Source: Planctomycetota bacterium (GTDB lineage: Bacteria > Planctomycetota > JACQVV01 > JASMLP01). From it: a stretch of DNA of 64,000 bases. The position numbers were made by a program, and so were the translations under genes. The DNA lies in contig JASMLP010000049.1 of assembly GCA_030748635.1 (NCBI GenBank), forward strand, positions 285 through 64,284, given 5' to 3'. This document shows positions 1-8,992 of this stretch, in pieces; position 1 is the stretch's first letter, and every line of letters begins with the position of its first letter. Below the pieces are notes generated by a model. That model had not been told where the DNA came from. It made no database searches and saw only the letters and a program-made list of their open reading frames with translations.

Positions 1-387
1 AACCCGATCGCTTTTTCCGTAGAGTTCACTGGTGCTGGCGACGAATACCTTTTTCTTCTTTTTGGTCGCGTGGCGCAAAACTACGGAAGTGCCGATGATG
101 TTGGTCTCGATGCACTGGACCGGGTCTTCGACGATCAGGAAGACTCCGACGGCTGCAGCGAGATGGTAGACCACATCGGCCCGGTCGATCATCTCCGCGA
201 CAAGGGGTTCGTTGTCGATGGAACCGACCTGGTAGTTGAATCCTTCACAGTCCTTGAGGGACGCGATGTTATCGATGCTTCCCGTGGAAAGGTCGTCGAG
301 AATTTCGACCTGATGGCCTGAGTCGAGCAGGCGAGTGGCCAGATGGCTTCCGATGAAACCAGAGCCGCCGGTGATGAAAAAGCGCAT
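1..387 (-). CDS. NAD-dependent epimerase/dehydratase (extended SDR), N-terminal part; the gene continues beyond the left edge of the window
   Basis: My own minus-strand translation from the ATG (complement of cat at 385-387) reads MRFFITGGSGFIGSHLATRLLDSGHQVEILDDLSTGSIDNI...VVYHLAAAVG. It has a Rossmann GxxGxxG motif (GGSGFIG). The frame stays open to position 1, so it is absent from the ORF track. Confidence 0.8.
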   Translation of the reverse strand, partial: MRFFITGGSGFIGSHLATRLLDSGHQVEILDDLSTGSIDNIASLKDCEGFNYQVGSIDNEPLVAEMIDRADVVYHLAAAVGVFLIVEDPVQCIETNIIGTSVVLRHATKKKKKVFVASTSELYGKSDRV

Positions 388-938
388 AAGGGAACCTCGA
401 GATCAAGAGCTTCGCTGAATCGTGGTGGCTGAGGAGTATAGTTTTGGTGGGGACACCCCACAAGAGGTGAAGGGGCTGTGGAGTGTTTTCAGAAGTTTTC
501 CAATTTCATGAATTCTGCACGTATCGTTCGAAGGGATTTTACGGGCTCAATGTATACCGATTCGATCTTAATCAAGCTTCTGCCAATTCATTTACAGGCA
601 ATTGTCTCCCACACGAACTCTATGGATGGTAAGCAGGACTGTCTTGTGATCACCACCGTTGGCGGCCTATTCTGAGTCTGCTTCGCAGAGTTCGCCCTCC
701 GATTGTTTTGGCACGATTTCGAGCCCACCATCTTCCTTCGTAAGATCAAAGTGGACCGCCTTCACGACGGCGAAGAACTTCTCTTTGGAGGTTGTACCAT
801 TTATCCGCTCCTACAAAGCTTCGTCTTCTTGCACTCTTTAGATAAACGACTTTGTGTCTCTCCTCTCTTGGGTCTCTATACCGATTCACACCTCCCAGGG
901 TAGCGGGAACGGGACTGGATCTCTGCGGGGGAGGGGGG

Positions 939-1616
939 TTAGCGCTTGATCTCGATTTTCCCCTGTGAAAAGGAAGAGCCGCATTTTGGGCAAGAGATCA
1001 TAAATTTCCAATGGATCCGGCCGTGTCGCAAACAGGTAGGTGCCTCGCAAACGTGACAACGATTGTTACATCCATGTCCACAGGTGGCGCAATGCAGATC
1101 TCGATTCCGGAATGCGTTCACCAGGATCTGATCAAGTCGGGGTGAAAAGACATTTATCGGGGTAATTTTTTTCCAAATAGCTAGCAGACCAGCCAGGACA
1201 AAAGATCCGTACAGTAGCCAGTGATTGATCGGAGCACCGAGCCAAACCCCACCTGAAATTAGGAATTCCTCTCGATTGAACGGCCAAAAAAGGAAAACCG
1301 GAAATCTCGTGAAATACGCATCTGCCAGTAGGTGGAGACCAAAACACAACGCCACTAACATCCCGGCAAGGCCTCCATGGCCCGATCGTTTTTGTTGATG
1401 CCATACCGCAACACCCGTGACCAGTCCGCCAAGCAAGAGGTTGTGTCCGAAGGTGTGATGCCAATAGGAATACGCTTCCCAGCCGAATAAATACGTTACC
1501 GCATCAATGTCGGGAACCACCGAAGCCAAAACACACCAATTGCGCAATTCTCGATTACGATGAGGGGCTAACACCCCGATCGTCCACCCCAAACCGAAAT
1601 GAGCTTCTAAGTGCAT
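939..1616 (-). CDS. Membrane-bound metal-dependent hydrolase-like protein (YdjM/DUF457-like) with a C-terminal Cys-rich zinc-ribbon tail
   Basis: 225-aa ORF. It has an N-terminal MHLEAHFGLGW, a VVPDIDAV motif, HHTFGHNLL and several hydrophobic helices, as in DUF457. The tail is CATCGHGCNNRCHVCEAPTC...CPKCG. Confidence 0.6.
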   Translation of the reverse strand: MHLEAHFGLGWTIGVLAPHRNRELRNWCVLASVVPDIDAVTYLFGWEAYSYWHHTFGHNLLLGGLVTGVAVWHQQKRSGHGGLAGMLVALCFGLHLLADAYFTRFPVFLFWPFNREEFLISGGVWLGAPINHWLLYGSFVLAGLLAIWKKITPINVFSPRLDQILVNAFRNRDLHCATCGHGCNNRCHVCEAPTCLRHGRIHWKFMISCPKCGSSFSQGKIEIKR

Positions 1617-1795
1617 GTCAATTTCTTAAAAGGGTGACAACTTGATTCGTGGGGTAGCCGTTGGCGACACCGCGCGGCTCGAGCATGGCCCGGTAGAAGA
1701 CGGAGTCACAAGAGATGGAAGGAGGCGGGCCCGTCGCTTTGTCCTGGCTGAATCAGGTCCGGTACGCAACCGAGGGGCCGTGTTCGAATCTCGGG

Positions 1796-4117
1796 CTACT
1801 CGCCGGGCTCCTCCCGATTCAGGACTCGGACGGCTTCGGCCCGGATATTTTCGTTGGGATCCTGGGCGGCCATCTGGCCAACGGCTTTGCGCACCGCCGG
1901 GTCATGCAAGTTGTTGCGGAGATAGACCAGGGCTCGACCTCGGACCTCCGGCTGTTTGTGGACCAGGGCCTGCTGGGTCAGAAAGGAGGTGGTCCTGGGG
2001 GAGGGGCGACGAGAGAGGCTATGCATGGCGGTGGCCAAGACCGCCACGTTCTCGTCTTTTAGGATGACCGAATGGATGATCTTGTCCACCTTCGGATTCT
2101 CCGGATAACTGGCCAACGCCGACATGGCAGCCCCTCGAAGATCGGGTTGTTCGTTCTGACTGAACTTCCCCAGCAAGGGGATGGATTTTTCGTCCCGGGC
2201 ATTCCCTAGCGACAGCAGGTAGGTTGTTTTTGTTCCGAGCTTGGTATCGGGCGCCGATAGCCTTCTGTGGAGCGATTTCAGAGTCGAGCCAGAGAGTTCG
2301 GGTTCGACATCGGAAAGATTCAGGGCTACCTGTCCAAGGCCGAGAATCGCGACCGAGGCCAGCTTTTCAGAGGAATCGGAGGCAAACCTGTCGAGCGCAG
2401 CCACGGTCTCCTCGGAGGGCCATTCGACTCCCGAGAGGTGGACAATGGCATCGGCGCGGATGTCGACGGAAAGATCCGAGTGCGCTGCGATCGCAGCCAG
2501 AGCTTCTTGTGCGGCATCGGTACCGGATGAACCGAGCGCCCCCAGGAGGGGGGGGAGAATGGGACCGTATTTTCCGTCGAGAATCAGATCCCGGAGCAGG
2601 TGAACGTTGGCTTCGTTGGAATCCAGCGCCCGGATCAGTTCCTGGAAGGCCTCGATCTCCTCGGGTAGAGGTTGCTTGCGATTCGGATCGAACAAGGCCG
2701 CGAGCTGTTTCACTACCTGCAGGGTTTGATCCGGCTCGATCTTCTCCTGCGGGAGATCTTCTTGCCTTTTTCGGGATGTGAGGGGGGCTTCGCCCACCCG
2801 GAAGGAGGTCATTTTTGCGAGCAGGTCGAGGACACTCTTTTCCGAAAGCGCGGCGATCTTGGAGTCGATCCGGGACTTCGTAAGAGACACCTGGAAGGTC
2901 CTATTACACGTCAGTCCAATCATCGACTCCTTCTCCGTCGTGGAAAACTCGACCTTGCCCTGGGCGCGGGAAACCCGTCCTGTTTCTCTTTCGAAAACAA
3001 TTTGGGCCAGACCTTCGACCTTCAGGTTGTTGGGGTTCACGATGTTCGCAGAATCCGGATCGTTCTGGAGCATCTCTAGATAGCGTTCGATCTTTTTGGT
3101 GAGGTGGATCTGGGCCCCCTCGGTCTTCTGGACCTCGTAGGTCGATTCGTACCGGCCGGTGAGGTCGGTCTCGGTCGCCTTCCAGTTCGATGCGGGTTTC
3201 GAGGAGAGCACCAGGGCGACGTCGAAGATGGGCACAACGGCCTTCTCTCGGGCCTCGTCGGAGAAGTTGCCCGGAAACAAAAGCTCCCGGATCTCTCCCC
3301 GCGGGGACATGCGAAAGAAAATTCGTTCCCGGCTGAGTTCTTCCTGCACCTCGAGCAGATGGGATTGTGCCTGCTCGGCAACTTCTTTTCTAAAATCGAC
3401 CGGGTCGATCTGGAGGTCGTTGAACCGGATTCCCACGAGAATTTCCTGGTCCGTGGCAGCGTAGCAGGTCCAGGTCATTTCGCCGTTGAGGCCGAATCCC
3501 TGTTCGGCGGTATCCGACTGGTCCAGGATGGCGAGGCGGATCTGGAGCCTTTGGCGGTTTTCGAATTCATACCGGAGAACGGTTCCCTTCTGAAACCGGT
3601 AGAGCAGGGCTTGGTTGGGTCCTTTGGTGGTCAGGTTGACCGGACGATCCTCTTTGGAAACCAGGGGGCTATTCGTTTCGTTCGTTGTTTCCTCTCCGGG
3701 CGTACTCGCGGTTTCACCCGATCCAGAGGGGTCGTCCTTCTTCGTGTTTTCCGGGAGAAGAAAGAAAACAGCCACGACGATCGCAACCACGATCGCGAGG
3801 ATGAGTACCGGCGAGGTTTCGGATGAAGGTTGTGGTGTTCTCTGTTGATCGGCTTTGTCTGACGACGGGGGTCGGGGTTCGCGTGAAGATTCCAGGGCTT
3901 TCCGCTCGATGAGGAGCTGCTTGGCCAGTTCGCGAATTTCTTCGTTCTCGGCCGATTTCAGGCCGGCCACCTCGGTGATGGCCTCGGCAAAATCGGACTG
4001 TCTACCTTCCTCCACCCAACCAGAATAGAGAGAGTGAGCTTTTCCGATGTCCTGTCGAGAAATCTTCTTGAGTTGGACTGCGGCGTCTGCCTGACATTGA
4101 TGTAGTGGAGTATCCAT
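1796..4117 (-). CDS. Single-pass membrane protein with a beta-rich middle domain and C-terminal HEAT/armadillo-like repeats
   Basis: 773-aa ORF. A TM helix (VLILAIVVAIVVAVFFLL) lies near residue 105. The C-terminal ~300 aa show repeated helical units ending in ...PEVRGRALVYLRNNLHDPAVRKAVGQMAAQDPNENIRAEAVRVL, which is typical of HEAT_2/PBS-lyase repeats. Confidence 0.65.
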   Translation of the reverse strand: MDTPLHQCQADAAVQLKKISRQDIGKAHSLYSGWVEEGRQSDFAEAITEVAGLKSAENEEIRELAKQLLIERKALESSREPRPPSSDKADQQRTPQPSSETSPVLILAIVVAIVVAVFFLLPENTKKDDPSGSGETASTPGEETTNETNSPLVSKEDRPVNLTTKGPNQALLYRFQKGTVLRYEFENRQRLQIRLAILDQSDTAEQGFGLNGEMTWTCYAATDQEILVGIRFNDLQIDPVDFRKEVAEQAQSHLLEVQEELSRERIFFRMSPRGEIRELLFPGNFSDEAREKAVVPIFDVALVLSSKPASNWKATETDLTGRYESTYEVQKTEGAQIHLTKKIERYLEMLQNDPDSANIVNPNNLKVEGLAQIVFERETGRVSRAQGKVEFSTTEKESMIGLTCNRTFQVSLTKSRIDSKIAALSEKSVLDLLAKMTSFRVGEAPLTSRKRQEDLPQEKIEPDQTLQVVKQLAALFDPNRKQPLPEEIEAFQELIRALDSNEANVHLLRDLILDGKYGPILPPLLGALGSSGTDAAQEALAAIAAHSDLSVDIRADAIVHLSGVEWPSEETVAALDRFASDSSEKLASVAILGLGQVALNLSDVEPELSGSTLKSLHRRLSAPDTKLGTKTTYLLSLGNARDEKSIPLLGKFSQNEQPDLRGAAMSALASYPENPKVDKIIHSVILKDENVAVLATAMHSLSRRPSPRTTSFLTQQALVHKQPEVRGRALVYLRNNLHDPAVRKAVGQMAAQDPNENIRAEAVRVLNREEPGE

Positions 4118-4261
4118 AGGGGGTGTATCTTCTGTGGAGGAAAAAAATCGTCAGGGTTACGACAGAAAACCGGAGAGCCGCTTTGGGCTCCCCGGAGTTA
4201 TTGTCATTTGCACGATACGAAGCGAGGGGACTGGCAGCGATCTTCTACGATCTGGAAAGAT

Positions 4262-5212
4262 TCACTGACGAACCCACCATTTGCCCGAAGGGTAGTTCTT
4301 GTTGGCGGCGCCTTTCTTGAAGAAGTATAAGGCCCGTACGGCACCTATATTGACACTGGCCAGGGTTTTTCGATAGAACGTTTTATCCGATTTTTTCCAC
4401 CTCTTTCGCCATCCACAATAGATGCCTTTTTTCCGTTTCTTGCATTTAAAGCTCAGTTTGTTGGCGATGAAGTTGAGAGAGATTTTGAGCGGCGTAAAAC
4501 TGAGGTAACAGACCGCGCTCGAGTCCGAGGCTTTTTGGCTAGTGGTATCAATAGTCACGTCGAGGTGTAACTCGGGCGACGCGATCGTAGCCATCAACTC
4601 CAGCCCCGCCGATATTAGTTTGTAGTCACAGACGGCCTGCACCGATACCCACGGGGCACATCCGGCTGTCCCGGACATCTTTAACTCGCGCACACCGCTG
4701 TTGATGTCCGCTTCTACATAATATTTAAACCCAGAGGCGGCGTAGATGGATACCGGAACCGGGCCGATGGTGAACGTTCCCAGTTTTTTCTTGCGATTGC
4801 TTTTCCACCAATCCTCGTCCATTTTGCCTCCGTACCCCATACGGAAGACCGTAGAGCCAAACAGGCGGATTTGCAGATTGTTCGTACCCACTCCTACATG
4901 GGTGTCCAGGGCTGCGAGTTCGTTATACGTGTTGAAGATATAGAGGCCCGCTGTGGAATTGAGTCGTGCCGAAGCGAGAATATTGGCATTTTGAAAGTGC
5001 CAATCGGCCCCCGTGTACAAGCCAAGATAGGCATCCTTCAGGTAGCGACCGTCGCGGTATTTCTTCCACCCGCTGAAACGTTCACTCTTCACCGTTCCCT
5101 TGCCTATGAATTTTTCTCTACCGTCGGGGTTGTTCCACACCCCTCCCGCCGCCACTGCTGATCCGGCGAGGATCGTAAAAGCGATAAAAACCGTCGAGAA
5201 CCGTCGAGTCAT
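4262..5212 (-). CDS. Secreted beta-rich hypothetical protein with a polybasic C-terminal tail
   Basis: The ORF track gives 4262..5275. I prefer the internal ATG at 5212 because MTRRFSTVFIAFTILAGSAVAAGG is a classic signal peptide. The rest is Gly/Tyr/Ser/Thr-rich with alternating hydrophobicity. The tail is KCKKRKKGIYCGWRKRWKK. Confidence 0.6.
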   Translation of the reverse strand: MTRRFSTVFIAFTILAGSAVAAGGVWNNPDGREKFIGKGTVKSERFSGWKKYRDGRYLKDAYLGLYTGADWHFQNANILASARLNSTAGLYIFNTYNELAALDTHVGVGTNNLQIRLFGSTVFRMGYGGKMDEDWWKSNRKKKLGTFTIGPVPVSIYAASGFKYYVEADINSGVRELKMSGTAGCAPWVSVQAVCDYKLISAGLELMATIASPELHLDVTIDTTSQKASDSSAVCYLSFTPLKISLNFIANKLSFKCKKRKKGIYCGWRKRWKKSDKTFYRKTLASVNIGAVRALYFFKKGAANKNYPSGKWWVRQ

Positions 5213-5840
5213 GTGTCGTCTCCCCGCTGTCGTGTAAATGAACTTTCGCGCTTTTGACAAGAACTTATTTAACAAGTTTTAGTAATTTACTCAGGTTTTT
5301 GCAAGAAAATAAAGCTTTTCAGGAAAAAAAGTGCTGCGCAAGAATAAAACATCAGGTCGAAAAGGTCGGGAAAAGCGGGTATTCGGGAGAGTTCTGCCGA
5401 TCGCAAACGGTGCCCATTTGATTGGCAGGGTCACTCTAACCGATTATAAGGCAAGGGCTTATTCGATCGATCATGAATCATAAGTCCATACAACCGCCCA
5501 ATAGCACGCCCACCGCATTCAAGCTCTTTGACCTCCCATCCTCAGTCCCATCACGCTTCGCATCATCTCATCCCTCCGGTTTCAATTTCCCCAGGGTAAC
5601 GGCTTCCGGAAAATGGAGGAAATTTTCAGAGAGAACCCGACCCTCAAGACACGTTATTCGCAGGTCGTGGAGTGGAGGTTGCGAAAATATATTTTCAATT
5701 TTCAGGTGCGTAACCGAGTGATTGCGCTGCGAAAGGTACCAGGAGAAGGGGTGATCGAGCTTTCCGGTGGGGGCTGGAATCCTTATCTTTGGACGTTATT
5801 CGTATACATATTTTCTGAGCACGGCCCCATGTGGACAAGC

Positions 5841-5889
5841 AAAAAAGAAGCCCAGGAGGGACACAAGTCCATTCTGGGCTTCTTTTTTG
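5841..5889 (-). terminator. Bidirectional intrinsic terminator downstream of tRNA-fMet
   Basis: The sequence aaaaaagaagcccagg...cctgggcttcttttttgt forms a GC-rich stem (gaagcccag/ctgggcttc) flanked by an A-run and a T-run. It lies immediately 3' of the tRNA on the minus strand. Confidence 0.7.
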
Positions 5890-5893
5890 TGTT

Positions 5894-5970
<77 letters not shown>

Positions 5971-6008
5971 TCAGGTAGGGCAGAGTGTAGAAATCGACTT
6001 CCTTCAGA

Positions 6009-7835
6009 TCAAGCCTTTTTTGCGGCGGGGGTGGCGGCTTCTTCACGGAGAGCGATTAAAAGGTCTTTTTCCTTGATCGAGTCCAGAGAAAGGTCTTCTT
6101 CGGTGAACTCGACTCCTTCGGTCTGGAGGTGCTGCCCGAAGTCGCGAAGGCTTTGCGCCAGTTCTCGCTCGAAATTTTGGATGTTCTGGGTGGTCTTCTC
6201 GTCCGGACCTGTCTCGATACCTAAACGTTCGAAGGCGAGATTTCGCTCCTGTTCGATTCTTTCAGCGACCGCTTTTTTCTTGTCGGATCTTTTCTCTCGG
6301 ATGGCCTCTTGCCTCTCGATCATGCTGGAAGGACGGATCGTCCACTCTCTTCCGCCGATACGTTTGGAGTGCCAGTTGAGCGCCTTCTGGAACATCTTGA
6401 TGCCGGCCAGACCGACCACCCCTCCCAGTGGACCTCCTGTGGCCCAGGCTCCGAAGGGGATCACGGTTCCCGCGAGCAGCTCCATCAGGTCGAACAGCTG
6501 CTCTTGGGCGTTTTGCTGTCGTTCCTGATAGTCGTCGTCGATATTATGAGACCCGCTCTGGGCCAGCGAGGACAGATGCGCGACGGGAATCTTGGCGGTT
6601 TGAATGAGTTCACCTACCAGGGTGTGGGCGAGGATGTCAGCCTGGTCGAAGAGTTCGACTCCCATCATCTGGGAGCTTTCTGTGAGAACCTTCTTTCGGT
6701 ACGTTTCGTCCTTGAGGAAGGAGTAGGTGTTGGGGCTTTTTTCCCGAAGAGTGGACATGGTGGCGGAGACCGTTTGGGTCAGGCCCCGCCCGACTGCTCC
6801 AAGGGTTCGTTCCAGGAGTCCGGGCTGAATTTCGAGGGGAACGTGCTCGGATGGGTCGTGGGTTTCCGCATTGAACAAGGATCGGTATTTCGTCTGGTGT
6901 TCAATGGGAAGATTGTCGATCCGGCAGATGCGGCCGGTGGCGGGGTTGAGTACCTGCTTGCGGGCAAATTGGTTCCAGGTAATCAGGTGGGCTCGGTTCG
7001 ACTGGTGGGACCCGGTTTTCGGCGATCGAGTCAGTCGGGACTCCATCGCCTGGAGGGCCTTTTGGCTCGCCAGAGCGAGGTCGGTCATGGAACTCGACTC
7101 GGATTTCTCTTGGGGGGTGAACTGGAAAGCCAGGGACTGCATTCGGTCGAGAGACCGGAGGATGGTTTTTTGGTATGCGAAGTAGTAGTCCTCCTTGGAA
7201 CTGCCAAATTCGACGTGTCGGCTCTGTTCCATGCGGTGGACAGGAAGGTGCTTGCGAAGGGATCGAGCGATGCGGGCGATCCACGGTTGGGTGTCCTTTT
7301 CCCAGCTTCGGGTGGTGCGTTCGAGGGTGTCGGAGTCGGAGAATAGTTTGCGTAATTTGGACTCGTAGGTGGACAGCTGTTGCCGGGGTTTGAGGAGAAG
7401 ATCCTGACCGATGGTGGCGACGCGAATCCAGATGGGAAAGTTTCCCGGTTCGTGTCGAGGGTGGATGGTGACCGTGGCGATATGAAGGTGATTTTCGGTC
7501 TGGTGTTCGAGTACCAGTTGGACACATTGGATCGCCGAGAGGTCGCTCTCCGCCGCTTTGTTCAGAGCTTCTTCGAGGTCGTTTTCGCGTCCTTTGCGGT
7601 CGTCATAAATCACCTGTTGATCCAGTACGAGGCGGATGATGTTCGCCAGGTCGGCGGATTTCAGGGCTTGCTGTGTGCGGTCCATCAGTCGGAGCATGCC
7701 TAGAGACTCTTCTTCAATCGTTTCGTCGAAAAATCCGGTCAGGCGATGAATGCGACTCAAGAGCCATCCGTCCGGCTGACGAGACTGACTTCGGGTGCCC
7801 TGAAGGTCGATGGCAAGGTGGTGGATCAGTTTCAT
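6009..7835 (-). CDS. Hypothetical 608-aa protein with a glycine-zipper hydrophobic segment and a charged coiled-coil tail
   Basis: This long ORF starts at an ATG that overlaps the stop of the upstream kinase (ATGA at 7832-7835). It contains LLAGTVIPFGAWATGGPLGGVVGLAGIKMF and a Lys/Glu/Arg-rich C-terminus. I recognise no family. Confidence 0.75.
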   Translation of the reverse strand: MKLIHHLAIDLQGTRSQSRQPDGWLLSRIHRLTGFFDETIEEESLGMLRLMDRTQQALKSADLANIIRLVLDQQVIYDDRKGRENDLEEALNKAAESDLSAIQCVQLVLEHQTENHLHIATVTIHPRHEPGNFPIWIRVATIGQDLLLKPRQQLSTYESKLRKLFSDSDTLERTTRSWEKDTQPWIARIARSLRKHLPVHRMEQSRHVEFGSSKEDYYFAYQKTILRSLDRMQSLAFQFTPQEKSESSSMTDLALASQKALQAMESRLTRSPKTGSHQSNRAHLITWNQFARKQVLNPATGRICRIDNLPIEHQTKYRSLFNAETHDPSEHVPLEIQPGLLERTLGAVGRGLTQTVSATMSTLREKSPNTYSFLKDETYRKKVLTESSQMMGVELFDQADILAHTLVGELIQTAKIPVAHLSSLAQSGSHNIDDDYQERQQNAQEQLFDLMELLAGTVIPFGAWATGGPLGGVVGLAGIKMFQKALNWHSKRIGGREWTIRPSSMIERQEAIREKRSDKKKAVAERIEQERNLAFERLGIETGPDEKTTQNIQNFERELAQSLRDFGQHLQTEGVEFTEEDLSLDSIKEKDLLIALREEAATPAAKKA

Positions 7836-8707
7836 GGTTCTTCGGGTACAGGCTCACGGTGAGGGTGTTGGACTAGGGATTTCAGGGCTTTTCCCAGAGT
7901 TCGGGTGTCCGGGAATCGGTCTTCGGGTTCTTTTTGTAGGCAGCGGTGGATGATCTCTACGAACGGGGCCGGTATTTCGGGTGCCCGGAGTGCCAGGTCC
8001 GGTATCGGTTCGGAAATCTGGGCGGCGAGAATATCGAGAGGGTGGGTTTTTTCGTAGGGCAAGGTCCCCGACAGTGCCCGAAAAAAAGTCACTCCGAGGG
8101 CATATTGATCGCTTTCGGGTTGACCGGGGAGGCCGCGGGCCTGCTCCGGAGCCAGGTAGGAGGGGGATCCCGGGATCTCTCCGAAGGCGGTGATCCCTTC
8201 GATTTCGTGTTGGTGCTTGGCCAAACCGAAGTCGGTCAAATAGGCTTTTTCCACTCCGTTGGGCAGGGTTCGCAGGAGGATGTTGTCGGGTTTGATATCT
8301 CGATGGATGATGCCTAGTCGATGAGCGCAACTCAGCGCGCTGGCGACCTGGAGTCCGAGCCAGGCGGCTCGGTTGACATCGATCAGAGTTTCTTCGACCA
8401 GCACCTGGCCCAGCGAAACTCCTGGAATAAGTCGGAAAACGACTATTTTATGAGGCGGTTCGTCGAGGATATCGAGGAGTCGGGGGATGTGGGGGTGGTC
8501 GAGTTGTCGTAACAGCTGGATTTCGCGCAAAAATCGTGCTGTCTCCTGGGCTTGGGTCGAAGGTTCGATGACGTGAGCCTTGAGAACAACGGCTTGTCGG
8601 TCGGAGTCTCGAGTTCCTTTGTATACGACCGTGGGGCCGGATCCGCCGATGATCTCCTCAAACGAGTATCCGCCCAGGTTCGTTCCGGTCAGGTAGGTGG
8701 TGCTCAT
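7832..8707 (-). CDS. Hanks-type Ser/Thr protein kinase, kinase domain only (291 aa)
   Basis: It has a G-loop (IIGGSGPTVVYKG), VVLK, HRDIKPDNILL, DFGLAK and SPSYLAPEQ. There is no extra domain. Confidence 0.9.
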   Translation of the reverse strand: MSTTYLTGTNLGGYSFEEIIGGSGPTVVYKGTRDSDRQAVVLKAHVIEPSTQAQETARFLREIQLLRQLDHPHIPRLLDILDEPPHKIVVFRLIPGVSLGQVLVEETLIDVNRAAWLGLQVASALSCAHRLGIIHRDIKPDNILLRTLPNGVEKAYLTDFGLAKHQHEIEGITAFGEIPGSPSYLAPEQARGLPGQPESDQYALGVTFFRALSGTLPYEKTHPLDILAAQISEPIPDLALRAPEIPAPFVEIIHRCLQKEPEDRFPDTRTLGKALKSLVQHPHREPVPEEP

Positions 8708-8992
8708 CGGTCCATATCAGGATGAAAAGAGAGTTTCAGATCTCGACCGGACACAGCTTGGGGATTCGAGGCGCGGGTTTTCGGTCCAGATCCTTGGGTC
8801 CTTATATTAACTAGTACTTTATATGCGTAACTTGGTCGGTTTCGATAGAAAATTGGCAAGATCCGGAATCTCCCTGTTCTGAGGCGAGAAAAGGATTTTC
8901 GATCGTTCCGGCAAACGGTTCGATCTGGGGGTACTGTTGTACCAATCCCAACGTCCGGCGTCGATTTGTTGTTTTTCTGTAGCGGGTAAAGT

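Noticed and set aside
388-938. A ~550-bp gap between the epimerase start and the hydrolase stop. It contains small + strand ORFs (478..675, 659..841, 703..903) and a protein-like minus-strand stretch (EKFFAVVKAVHFDLTKEDGGLEIVPKQSEGELCEADSE).
   Set aside because: The minus-strand stretch is bounded by a stop just upstream and has only a GTG giving ~32 aa. The + strand ORFs lack an SD and overlap one another. I left the gap unannotated. It may hold a small gene or gene remnant, but I cannot support one.
1700-1805. tRNA-like T-arm (ccgtgttcgaatctcgg) and an anticodon-like hairpin (gtcctg-gctgaat-caggtc, TGA/TCA) in the spacer between the hydrolase and HEAT genes. I considered a tRNA-Ser or tRNA-Sec gene, or a tRNA remnant.
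   Set aside because: I could not fold a cloverleaf. No D-arm is present, and the only acceptor pairing possible would span ~150 nt. The T stem has a mismatch and U33 is missing on the + strand. On the minus strand the arms are in the wrong order. The 3' part overlaps the end of the HEAT-protein CDS. It could at most be a degraded remnant.
1642-3848. Multiple + strand ORFs (for example 1642..2067, 2224..2781, 3104..3826) and the minus-strand alternative-frame ORFs 2326..2517 and 3076..3381 overlapping the HEAT-repeat gene.
   Set aside because: All overlap the 773-aa minus-strand ORF (1796..4117) over most or all of their length. They are Arg/Gly/Pro-rich frame artefacts without start context.
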